Assembly (NCBI RefSeq): GCF_036321535.1
Contig: NC_087462.1
Span: 23,622,001 to 23,686,000, forward strand
DNA: 64,000 nt
Source: Camelus dromedarius
Taxonomy: Eukaryota
Direction: 5' to 3'
Below are positions 35,747 through 64,000 of this stretch, piece by piece; position 1 is the stretch's first letter; each line of letters begins with the position of its first letter. Under the pieces are notes generated by a model. It searched no databases and was not told where the DNA came from. It saw only the letters and a program-made list of their open reading frames with translations. Made by a program: the position numbers and the translations under genes.

Positions 35747-36672
35747 GTGAGTCCAGGGTCCTCACATCCCAACCCCATCTCCAGCTCTTAGTAGGAAACA
35801 GGCCCTCACCTCTGTCCTGAACACATCCCCCTTCCTGCCCCAGCCTGGCTCACTCCTCCAGAGCAAAAGGACTCATGCTCTTCCAGGGCTGGGAATTCAG
35901 CCCTGCATACCGACACCCCCAACTCCAACAGCCAGGACCCTTGGAACAATGTTCGGGGCAAGGGCTGGGGGGTGTTGGGAGGCAGGGGGCACTCCCACTC
36001 CAACAGCTGAGAACTCCCATGGCAGTTCAGGGGGGTCTAAAGCAAGTAGGGGGCTTCCTGGACTTGGGGACAGGGTGGGGGCCCCCCTTAACTAAACCAG
36101 TCCTGGGCTGAGCATCTTTCATGGGAGAAATGCCATCAGTGTTTGTTTATTGCTGGGGGTGGGTGGGAGGGGATGGGGAAAGAAATTCACTGTGCCCCCT
36201 GGGGCTCTCTGGTGGCCCCCATATCTGTCATTAGGACACTTGTCCCCATTGCGAAGATCCATCTGTTTGGGGAATTATTTCATTGCCGTCTGTCTCCTCA
36301 GTAGACTTTGAGCTTCCTGGTGGCAGGAGCTGCATCCGTTTTTTGCCAGCTGTACCCCAGCACCTAGCTCAGTGCCTGAGATGGGGTGGATATCAGTGAA
36401 TACTTGCTGAATGAATGAATGAATGAATGAATGAGTCAGTCAATGAATCCCCCCATCTGGGCCGAGCACCTGAGTGAGCATCTCTGGGTGTGTGTGGGGG
36501 TGGAGGGTGTGCTTCGTGGGTGTGTGTTTGGGATCACACACCATGAGTGTTTGCGCGTGTGGATGTGGGGGAGTGGGAGTGTGTGTGTGTGTGTGAGTTC
36601 CTAGGACCCAGCCGTTGTCACTCAGTGTTGCTGCGGCCCTCTGATGTGCAGGGCCTACAGCGTGTGCCCAAG

Positions 36673-47372
<10,700 letters not shown>

Positions 47373-49207
47373 GCTCTGGCCCAGACTGGCTCCTGGAGCC
47401 AGGAAGGGCCTGTGCCTGGTGCCCTGGGTGGAAGGGCAGAGGGGTGTGTCTGTGTGCTGTGGGCACACACCTGTCCCTGTGCAGGTCCTCGGAGGTCTGG
47501 GCTTGTGTGGCTCAGGGTCAGTGTATGAGCACACATGGGCCTGTTGGGGTAAGCCTGTGTGTCAGCCTGCACGTGTGTACCCATGCACCTGGCAGCGGGG
47601 TGCTGCATGCCAGCTGCAGGGTACTTTGCACATGCATTTGGAGGCCTGCGCTTGTGTCCTTGTGTACACACAACTCCCACTGGGCTGGGCAGGAGTAAGG
47701 GTAGGTCTGAGTACATGACTCGCAGCTGTTTGCTTGTGCATGATGTGGGTGCCTGAGTCACTGGCTGAACTCTAGCCCCGTCCCTGCCACCTTTCTTCCC
47801 CCGCGATACCACTCTCCTCATCCTCATCCAGGTTTTCTCTGTCACCACTTCAACCCCCTTCCCCAACACTGCCTGATTAAGAAGAAGAAGAAAAAAAAAA
47901 AGAATGAAACTCATTGTGCACTTGGAAGTCTGTTTCTCTCCATCTAGCGGGGAAGGAGAGTCCACGGTTTGGGGTTCAGCAGCACTCTCTCCCTTCCCAA
48001 AGGCAGCCTGCTATGTCCTGGAGGAGCCCGCCTGCAGGCTCACCCTCACAATCCACCTGGCCCTACCTAATTAGTGCAATCCGCAGTTCAAACTCCCTGG
48101 AAGCCCCCCTTGGGCCACCCCAAGGCGAATGCAAGGAGGGCTCTCTGTACCTCCATCCCCCAACCCCACCAGGCTGACCTCCTCTGGTCTCTATCTGCCA
48201 CTGGACTCACCCAGCTCATTGTCTGTCTCCCTCCCTCTTTCTGGGATGAAATCAGTTCTCCAGAAAACAAGTGACAAGTAGAAGCTTGTCAGGCCCACTG
48301 GAGGAAGGGACAGGGAGGGTGGAGTCGGGCAAGAGAGGCCATGCCCTGGGCCCTAGTGCACAGAGAGCAGGGACCAGCCACCTTCCCTCCCACCTTTGTC
48401 TTCTACCTTTGGGCCATAAACCAGACCTTATTTAAACCCACCCAACTTTTTCAGTCTCTCCTCCTCAGTTCCTCTTCCCCCTTCCCTCAGCTGAGGCCTG
48501 AAGAGGTAGGGGGTGCCAAAGTTCCTCCCTCTAACCCAGGGGCAACTCTGGGGCCTTTGAACCCCAAGGGGGCAGGAAGGCTGCAGGGCCTAAGACTGGG
48601 TTCTGGTGGTCTGGAACAAGTGCCTCCCCACCCACCACCTCTGGTTCCTTTGAAATTTGTTGGGGGAGATGCAAGGGCCTGGGAGCCCCAGAAGCTGTTC
48701 TCCAAGCTCCCAGCCCCACCCTGTCACCCATTCACAACGCTTGCTAGTGTTACCTTTGGCCAAGTGGAAGGGGTGAGGACACTGGCCTCTAGCCTGGGGA
48801 GTCATGTGGGAGGCTGGGGAGGAGACCTCCTTACAGTTCATCCTGCACCGACTTGGGAAGAATTTTGTGGGAAAGGATGCTCAGGCCTGAGCTAGAGGGT
48901 TTGAGAAGTCCACTCCCTCCTCAGTTTCAGTGTCCCTAGGACCCTGGAAGGCCCCAAGGCCCCCAGGATGCTGGCCTAAGGAGTGAGGCCAGAGGCCTCT
49001 GCAGGGCACCCATGGGAGGGCCAGGTGCAGGGCTCAGGAGGCTGGGATGCTTCTGGACTCATAATACTAGCCTCCCCAGGTAACCCTTCTGCAAGATTCA
49101 TCTAGTAAACTGGTTTCCTCATCTGCAACTTCCCCTGCCCTCACAGCCGGAGGATGAGTCTGCCATGACCAGGTCAGAGTTTATTTTGGCGCCGGCTGCT
49201 GGTCCTG

Positions 49208-49621
49208 CTAGCTGCCCTGCATTCGCAACCCGTGGATCAGCTCGTGCATCGTCTTGTTGAGAACGCCCCCGTGAACGCCCCGTCGGCCCATGAGCACGAG
49301 GAGCGCACGCGGCGTGTGGCCAACGCAGACGGCGCGCCCGTCCAGCCCCTTGGTGCGCGCGTCCAGCACTCCGTCGCCCTCGGCCAGCAGGTGGTCGCGG
49401 ATGACGCAGCAGCGGCGCCCCGCCACGCTCAGGCCGGCCTGCAGGAAGGTGCGCCGATCCGGCCCCGTGAGCACACCCACCTCCTGCGGTGAGATGGCCG
49501 CCAGCAGGCCCCCGGGCCGCGATGCCCACACGCAGCGATTGTCCGAGTGGCCCACGATAGCCACGTCGTCGATGCGCTGGTCCCGCAGCACCGCGCTGAT
49601 GTAGACTTTCCAGTCTCCCAT
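49208..49621 (-). CDS. PFN3: Profilin-3, single coding exon, 137 aa
   Basis: [25 protein letters not shown]...LHELI-type C-terminal helix (here [13 protein letters not shown]). Minus-strand AATAAA at 49180-49185. Expected syntenic position. Confidence 0.97.
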   Translation of the reverse strand: MGDWKVYISAVLRDQRIDDVAIVGHSDNRCVWASRPGGLLAAISPQEVGVLTGPDRRTFLQAGLSVAGRRCCVIRDHLLAEGDGVLDARTKGLDGRAVCVGHTPRALLVLMGRRGVHGGVLNKTMHELIHGLRMQGS

Positions 49622-49710
49622 TCTGGCTCAGAGTGCACCCCTCGCCTTGCACTTGGAGGGTCCTCTGGCTGCGCCGCACGCCTGGAACGCCCAGAACGCC
49701 CGGGGCACTG

Positions 49711-49800
49711 GGACATGTTCAGGGGCGGGGCTGTGACGTTGAGGTACCGCGACGTCACAGAAGCGCTACTTACGCTAGAGAATGGGGCGGGGCGGGGGCG
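49711..49800 (-). promoter_or_regulatory. PFN3 promoter: CRE-like and GC boxes
   Basis: TGACG at 49734-49738, gacgtca at 49751-49757 (7/8 CRE), and ggggcgggg boxes at 49722-49730 and about 49783-49799. CRE sites fit CREM-driven spermatid genes (inference). Confidence 0.55.
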
Positions 49801-50011
49801 GTGTTCGTATCTTACGCCTGATGAAGTTCTAAAGTTACTCTGAAGGCGGGAATCAAAAGTCAAAATAACCCTCAAAAAACAAAAACAAAAACAAAACAAA
49901 AAAACCCCAACGTATATGTCCATCAAGTACCGAGGAAGTGGGTTTAAGAACAGAAAGAAAGACACCAGGTTTGGACAGCCGGACCTCTTGGCTTGGTAGC
50001 CATTCAACCCC

Positions 50012-50430
50012 CAGAGCATGGTTCTCAAACACTTCCCAAAATCTCCTAGAAAGCTGTTAAACAGATTGCTGGGCCGCAACTCAGAGTGTCTCATTCTGCA
50101 GTATGGAATGTGACCAGAGAATATGCATTTCTCACAGGTTCCCTGAGGACCCTGCTGCTGGTCCAGGAAACACTTTGAGACCCACTGCCCTAGTCCCAGC
50201 TGGGATAGGAGTGAAGATCAGCCTTAAGGGTCCACACCACTGTTTCAATGTTAAGGACTTCTAACCATGGTTCTGAACCTCCGCTGCAGACGGAGTCACC
50301 TGGGAAGTTTTAAAAACATACAGCTACCACGCTCCCATCCCTAGAGATGCTGATTTAATTGACCTGAGGTGGATATTGGGCATAGGTTCAAAAAGCCCCC
50401 CACGGTGATTCTGAGAACTCCTGCTCTATA
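50012..50430. mobile_element. Two adjacent MER5-like MITEs between PFN3 and F12 (approximate)
   Basis: catggttctcaaac...tgcatttctcacaggttccc..ctttgagacccactg; catggttctgaacct...gtgattct. Confidence 0.65.
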
Positions 50431-50808
50431 AACTTAAAGTATTCGTTTTATACGAGGAATAATATGTGGAATCACCTTGCACAGAGCTTGGAACACAGTA
50501 TTTACGGCTCAGTAAGTGTCAGCTGGACGTGAATCTAAATCTAGTATAAGATCTCAACAGATTCCTTTCTCTGAGGGGGTGTGGAGAAGTTGTGCACCGG
50601 TTTACTGTAGTGGCATTTTTTCAGTAGGCTCCCTGAAGAGCTGTGCCTTTGAAGCATTTTCAAAAGCACTTTATTGAGTGCCAATGCCATGCCTGGTGCT
50701 GGGCTGGCAGCCTTGGGAATGGAACACAATCCTTGCTGTCTGTGATCTTACCCCAGCCACCCTTCCATTCTAGAATTGAGCAGGAAGGAAAGACGAGTCC
50801 CTGGTCCG

Positions 50809-58202
<7,394 letters not shown>

Positions 58203-58254
58203 GGCGTCTGTCTGTTGGTCCAACCACTTGCGCAGGAGTCCAGATCAATAGACT

Positions 58255-58302
58255 CGGTCAAAGGTCCTGAGGCCTGGGAAGCAGAGATTGGTCGAGCTGC
58301 CA
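58255..58302 (-). promoter_or_regulatory. F12 proximal promoter: DR1/HNF4-like element, CCAAT, degenerate ERE
   Basis: cggtca-a-aggtcc (58255-58267) is a DR1; CCAAT on minus strand at 58287-58291; TGGCAgctCGACC at 58290-58302. Confidence 0.6.
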
Positions 58303-58548
58303 TCCTGGGCCTGGTGGGGCACAGGCTGTTTATGGAAAGCCAAGCAAAGAGTTTCCTTGGTAGGGCCCCAAGACTGGGAAAGCTGGGAGTTGGTGGGTGG
58401 GGAACAAGGCTCCCCCTCTCTTCCCCAGAGAGTAGAACAAGAAGCAGGAATAGGGACCTGCTTCTGACTCAGGTCCTGTTAGAGATGACGATGTTAAGGA
58501 GATCCAAGAGACGCTCCCTACTTTAGACACCTTAGTGTCCACAGCAAA

Positions 58549-59324
58549 GTATATCTATTTTTTTATTGCTGCCTAAAATTAACCACAATCTTTGCAGTTT
58601 CAAACAACATCCTTCGGTGGGAGGGTATAGCTCAGTGGTGGAGCACAAGCTTAGCATGCACAAGGTTCTGGATTCAATCCCCAGTACCCCCATTTAAAAA
58701 AATAGTAATAAATAAATTAATAGACTTAATGACCTCTCCCCTCTGAAACAATAAATAAAAATAAAATTTAAAAAAATCCATTTATTAGTTCACAAATCTG
58801 TAGGTTGAAATTCAAGCATTTGCATGACTCAGTTTTCTGCTCAGGGTCTCACAAAACTGACTTTAAGGGTGAGTTCTCTGGAGGCTCTGGGGGAAAATCC
58901 ACTTTCAAATTCATTCAGGTCATTGGCAGAATTCAGTTCCTTGTGTTTGTAGGACTGAGGTGCCTGCTTCTTTGCAAGCTGTCAGCCAGGGGCTACCCTC
59001 AGCTCCTAGACACTGCCTGCATTTCTCACCATAAGGCCCTTTCCATCTTTCAAGCCAACAACAGACAATCTCCCCTATTTGACTCTCTCTCACCCTTTGA
59101 ATTTCTTTTGTCAGGCAGAAGACTGTCCCTTTTAAGGGCTCATATGATTAGGTCAGCCCCACCAAGAATAATCTCCCTCTGTTAAGGTCAACTGATTTGG
59201 CACCTAAATTACATTTGCAGCATTCTTCTACAGAACATCTAGACCAGTGTTTAACTGACTAACTGGGAGAAGGTATGTTTACACCAGGGATCTTGGGGGC
59301 CATCTTAGAGTTCTACCTACCACA
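58549..59324 (-). mobile_element. MaLR LTR (MLT1D/E-like), split by a SINE
   Basis: ttattgctgcc..aaccacaa..ttcaaacaac | atttattagttcac...gggggccatcttagagttctacctaccaca. Confidence 0.65.
58617..58777 (+). mobile_element. tRNA-derived SINE, vic-1-like, nested in an MLT1 LTR
   Basis: gggtatagctcagtggtggagc...ggattcaatcccc plus A tail. Confidence 0.8.
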
Positions 59325-59831
59325 GAAATTAAATAATCCCATAGAAAATAATACTAAAAATACAAAACCAAAGGTTGCTAAAATATGCAGTGGGAGCACA
59401 AGGGAGGGAGATGGACTGGTCATGTATTGTTTTTCCTGCTCAACAGCCATTCACATTGGTTCACTCTGATTTTTCCTTTGGGAGCCAATCCTCCTTCATC
59501 CCCTCCATGAATCTCTAGTACTGCGAACTCTATCCTCAGGTCTAGGGCTGGGAGTGTGGCCTAGCTCTAGCCAATCAGACCATAATAACCGAAGATGACA
59601 GTGATTGGTTCAAGGATATGCTACACACAAGTCTGGCCAGTCAGACTCAGCCTTGGGACTTAAGCCAGAAATTTTGGGATAAAGGTACTTTCTTCCCACT
59701 GAGGTCCATAAGAACAAGAGCCTGGAGATGTTGATGGCCATCTTTGTCACTGCTTGGGGAGGGTCTACCTGAGAAAGAAGTGTACACATAGGAATAGCAG
59801 GTTAAACAGGGAAGGAAGGATGGAGGAACGC

Positions 59832-60341
59832 TGTGGGAGGCAGCCTCCTAGATGATCTCCACTGACCGTCACCTCCAAGAATTCATGCTCTTGTGTAGTC
59901 CCTTCCCACACCAGTCAGGGCTGTTCTGTGTGTCCAATAGGATATGGCAGAAATGATTGTGTTTACTTTCAAGCCCAGGTTATAAAAGGCATTGCAGTTT
60001 CTGCCTTTATCTCATGAATCACTCACTCTGGGAGAAGCAGCTGCCGTTCTGTGAGGACACTCAAGCAGCCCTGCAGAGAGGGCCATGTGGGGAGAAAATA
60101 AAGCCTCCTGCCAACAGCCAGAACCAATATGACAGCTGTGTGAATGAACCATTTTTGATACGGGTACTGCAGCCCTAGCCAGTATCTGGCCTGCAAACTT
60201 ATGAGACCTCAAGACAGACCATCCAGCTAAGCTGCACCTGAATACTTGAACCTCTGAAACTGAAAAATGGCCATTGATTTGTGTTGTTTTAAGCCATACG
60301 TTTTAGGATGATTTGTTACCCAGCATTTGATAACTAATACA
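59832..60341 (+). mobile_element. MaLR LTR (MLT1F-like)
   Basis: tgtgggaggcagcctcctagatg...ttaagccatacgttttaggatgatttgttac..gataactaataca. Confidence 0.65.
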
Positions 60342-63300
60342 GACGGATTGATTATGGGTTATTTTATTTGAGAGACTGGATCTGAAAACTAGAAATACCC
60401 TCAAGAATTCTCAGTTATATGAATGGATAAAACCAATTGGCATGAACTTCCATCGCTTTCAATCAAAGGAGTCTTGACTGATACAAAGTAATTTGTGGAA
60501 AATGAAGTGAAGATAGAATGTAGCAAATTCTTAATTCTGCTGGAGTAGAGGCTGGCCATGGAAGACTTCCTGGAACACGATGGAAGCCTAAATACAGCAA
60601 CAGGAAGGCAAGAATAGAGGCACCTTTTCAACAATTGTTTTTAGAGGTTGATGTGACTGCTATTAATACCACGATGAAAGTGAAACTATGAGATGTATAG
60701 ATGAGCTCATTAAAGTGAAAGCTGCTTCCTCAGTTCTTGATTGCACCTGAACACAGTCCCTGGCCTAGAGCTGGTCCCACATTGGCTCTTTCCTCCTGGT
60801 GAGAAGCCAGCTCTCCCTCCGAATGGAAGGGGCCTTTTGAACATGTCTTCACAATAAATAGGGGTTTGCAGGTGGGAAAGAGAGAGAAAGGCTTCCAGGC
60901 AGAGTGAGTAATACAACTTCACAGAAGCCTGAATGCAGCACATCAAACGAAGAATGTGGTGAGCACACGGTGCTTTGTAGAGAATGTGCGATGAGACATG
61001 AAGTCTACTGGGATCAGAGATGCACATGGATGGATATTTGGATGTTCAACATGTATTCCCCCTTTCTCTGGTCTCCCAGCTTCCATTTGGGTCACCGCTC
61101 CCCCCTTGTGTGGGGGAAAGGTAATTTACAGCGGCCAACTCCCACTATGGAAGCCTAAAGGACCAGATCACCCTCTCCCTACCTTAGCATAGCCAGAGGG
61201 TCCTAAATCTGGGTAACAGGTGCTCTCTCCCAGGACTCTGAATCCTGAGCAGGCCACACAAGGTTGATGAAAAGAGTTGGGATTGGAGGTCTGGCATTGC
61301 ACCAGCTGTGCCCTGACCAGGTTGTCCCTAAAACATGGCATAAGTCAGGATGCTTATGCCTTCCAAAAACCAAGCTTAAGCAGTGAGGAAATTCAAATTC
61401 ATCATTTCACAACAGAAGAGGTCTAGAGTGGAGGAGCTCCAGGAACAGGGCTTTCAGTGCTTTAACAACGTCATTAAGAACCCAAGTTCTTTCTTACTTT
61501 TGTTTACTGTGGTCCTCAGTGTGCATACCTTCAGGCTGATTCCCTCACAGGATAGCTGCCACAGCTCCAGGAATCATGGCTAAACTCCAGTGAAGAGGGA
61601 CCTTCCCTTCCAGTAGATCCTTCTTAGAAATGGGGAAACCTTCCTCCAAAAAAAATTCCCAAGCAGACCTCCCCTCATGGCTCAATGACCTGAAATGGGT
61701 CACCTGACACTCCTAAACCAATCTCTGGCAAAGGTAAGGGGATTTCTGTAAGTGGCTTAGACCAATCAACCCTAGAGCCAAGTCAGAAGTATGTGAGGTA
61801 AAGTGGCCGCAGGAACAGAACTGGGGCTCTGCAAACAAGGAAGAGGAGTGGTATGAACATTAGATGCACAACCACAGTGTCTGCTGTAATTCCTGCTTCC
61901 TGCTCCTCTAGTAGCCCATAATTCCTGCCTGTTTCCAAGTCTGCTCCATCTAGTTAATGCTATGAACCCCTGATGGCCTTCCCATAAAGTAAGTTCCCTT
62001 TTGTTTAAGTAGCTAGAGTTATCTTCGGTTGCTTGCAGCCAAGAACTTTCACCTTCCCTTGTGCCTCAAGTCTAACCAGCCTCCGAGTTCTGCTCATTCC
62101 ACTGCCTACATATTTCTGAAATCCCTCCACTTCTCTCCATTCCTTCTGCCTCTTTCTTTGAATTCCAGAAAATTCAAGGTGTCTACAGCAGTGGAACATA
62201 ATTTGAGAACCTGAGGTGGACGTCTGTCATTTCTCCTCTTTAGCATTCATTCTCCCTTAATCGAGTAAGAGCCCTCCATGTTCCTTTGGGGAAGGACCCA
62301 CCCCCTCTCCCATCCAGTGGATAGAAGCTTACCCATCCCTCAGTTGAGGGTGGGATGGGCATGTGATCCAGACCTGGCCAATCAGAACACTGCCTCTTTC
62401 TGTCCTCAGTGATTGGTTCAAAATGCACACTTGACCCAAGTTAAACCAATGAGAGGCAGCCCCAGGATTTTTGCTGGAATCAAGATAGAGGCTTTTTCGT
62501 TCCATAAAAGAAAGCCGTATTGTTAGGAAGTGAGCTTGAAGCTGCCGGCAGCCATCTTTAACATCTCAGAAATGGTCTGGGAATAAAGACAATGCAGATT
62601 AAAAGCAGAGTCAGAATATGGGAAAGACAAATTTTGAGTGATCCCATTTGAGACCTGGGATGTGATGACACTTGAGTTTAGAAACACCACTTATACTTTT
62701 CAGTTACTTAAACCAATAAATTCCCTGTTTTTGCTTAAGCCAGTTTTGGTTGCCACCCAAAGTCCTGATGCAAGCGAGAATTCATACATTGTTACCAGGA
62801 AGTTCCTAAAACAAAACAAAACAAAACCCCTAGAGATCAGTTCTGTAAGTCAGCAGCTTAAAGAGCAGGAAAATAATGACTTTAGAAGCAAGGACTGGAG
62901 GCAAAAAAACAGCAATGAACTTGAATCAGGAAACCTTCGAATCCCATCTTGGCCACCGACCCCCAGTGTGACCATGGGTCAAGGGCGCAGCCTCTCTGAA
63001 TCTTGATTGCCACACCTCGTGGGGGAGGGATGGCACTCACACCGCCTGGCCGACTTACTGAGGTGCTTGAATTGGATTGCAAGAGGACAGAGCCTGGCAT
63101 ATGGCTGGAGCTCAATCTGTAGTAGTTTATAAAGAAACTTTCCCGTGCAGCTACATTCTCCCTTCTTAGCAGTTTCTACACACATACCCAGTTGTCCTTG
63201 CACATCTTCCATCAACTGTTTTGGATCAGAGCAGAGAAGCACCATCCCCTCATCCTTGTCTCTGTCTCTCCACAGCTGGGGGGTGGGTCTATGGGATGAG

Positions 63301-63549
63301 GAGGGGGAAACCAGTAAGTTCCTGCTCATCAGTGCCTGGATCCAGAGACAGTCTCCTCTCTAGCAGAGACTTGCGGCAGAGATCTCAAAAGGTGGCTGAA
63401 CTGCCTATTCAAAGACGAGTTCAGGAGGTCAGAAGTTATCCAGCCCTCCATCCTTCATTCCTCCGCACTTGGTGGCACCTTTTTTCTCCCAGTCATTCAG
63501 GCCATCATCCTGGAAACTTTGTACAAATGGAAGTCACTCCTTCCTCCAG

Positions 63550-63750
63550 ACCAGCACTGTCAGAACGTTCTGTGATGATGGATGATCCCTACCCATGTTG
63601 TCCAATATGGTAGCCATGAGTCACGTGTGCCTACTGAGCACTTACAAAGTGGGTAGCCTGAGGAACTGAATTTTGATTTTATTTCATTTTAATTAATTTA
63701 AATTTAAATAGCTGAATGTGGCCAGTGGCTACTGTATTGGACAGCACAGC
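63550..63750. mobile_element. MER3-like hAT-Charlie element
   Basis: cagcactgtc...tccaatatggtagcc...gtggctactgtattggacagcacag. Confidence 0.75.
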
Positions 63751-64000
63751 CCCAAGTGGATGTAGTGTCAGGTGTGACAAGAGGAAGAGGTGTGTGAAAT
63801 AATGTTGGAGCACTACACGGGCCCAGATCACGTTGGGCCCTGGTAGGCCACAGGGAAGAGTTTGGGTTTTATTTTTCAGTGTAATGGGCAGTGTATTATC
63901 TATTGCAGCTCATAAGAGATGACAAATTGCCCCCAAATTTAGCAGCTTAAACAACAAACATTTATAGGCAGAGCTTTCTATGTTGTGCTTTGCAGATCTT

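Noticed and set aside
49711-49720. p53 response element at the PFN3 promoter (GGACATGTTC)
   Set aside because: Only one half-site is present, and the flanking decamers do not fit RRRCWWGYYY.
58203-58223. N-terminal extension of F12 (MDQQTDA)
   Set aside because: The ORF track used a TTG start. The ATG at 58202 begins the canonical signal peptide.
58400-64000. GRK6 or another gene upstream of F12
   Set aside because: No kinase or other exons are recognisable. The region is MaLR, SINE, MIR and MER debris.

Overview
Mammalian genomic DNA containing the conserved block LMAN2(-) / RGS14(+) / SLC34A1(+) / PFN3(-) / F12(-), syntenic with human 5q35.3. It is probably from a camelid, inferred from five short tRNA-derived vic-1-like SINEs. 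I reconstructed exon structures by hand from splice sites and reading phase. LMAN2 shows exons 1-2 only. RGS14 is complete (15 exons, 567 aa). SLC34A1/NaPi-IIa has 11 of 12 coding exons visible, and exon 6 falls in an N gap. PFN3 is intronless (137 aa). F12 is complete (14 exons, 626 aa, catalytic triad intact, one GC-AG intron). A decayed full-length RPL37A retrocopy with target-site duplications sits inside an old L1 in LMAN2 intron 2. The rest is L1/L2/MIR/MaLR/DNA-transposon debris plus six N gaps. Most ORF-track entries are spurious products of GC-rich DNA. I did not find convincing evidence for a wholly new biological system. The best leads are: a 119-bp inverted, CpG-decayed copy of the LMAN2 CCAAT promoter module near RGS14; an altered RGS14 PDZ ligand (HSAL) next to SLC34A1 (ATRL); two extra cysteines and a remodelled beta-FXIIa cleavage site in F12; uORFs in RGS14 and SLC34A1; and a weak SLC34A1 3' end with an antisense splice acceptor facing PFN3. 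All comparisons to human sequences and repeat consensuses are from memory, not from database searches.
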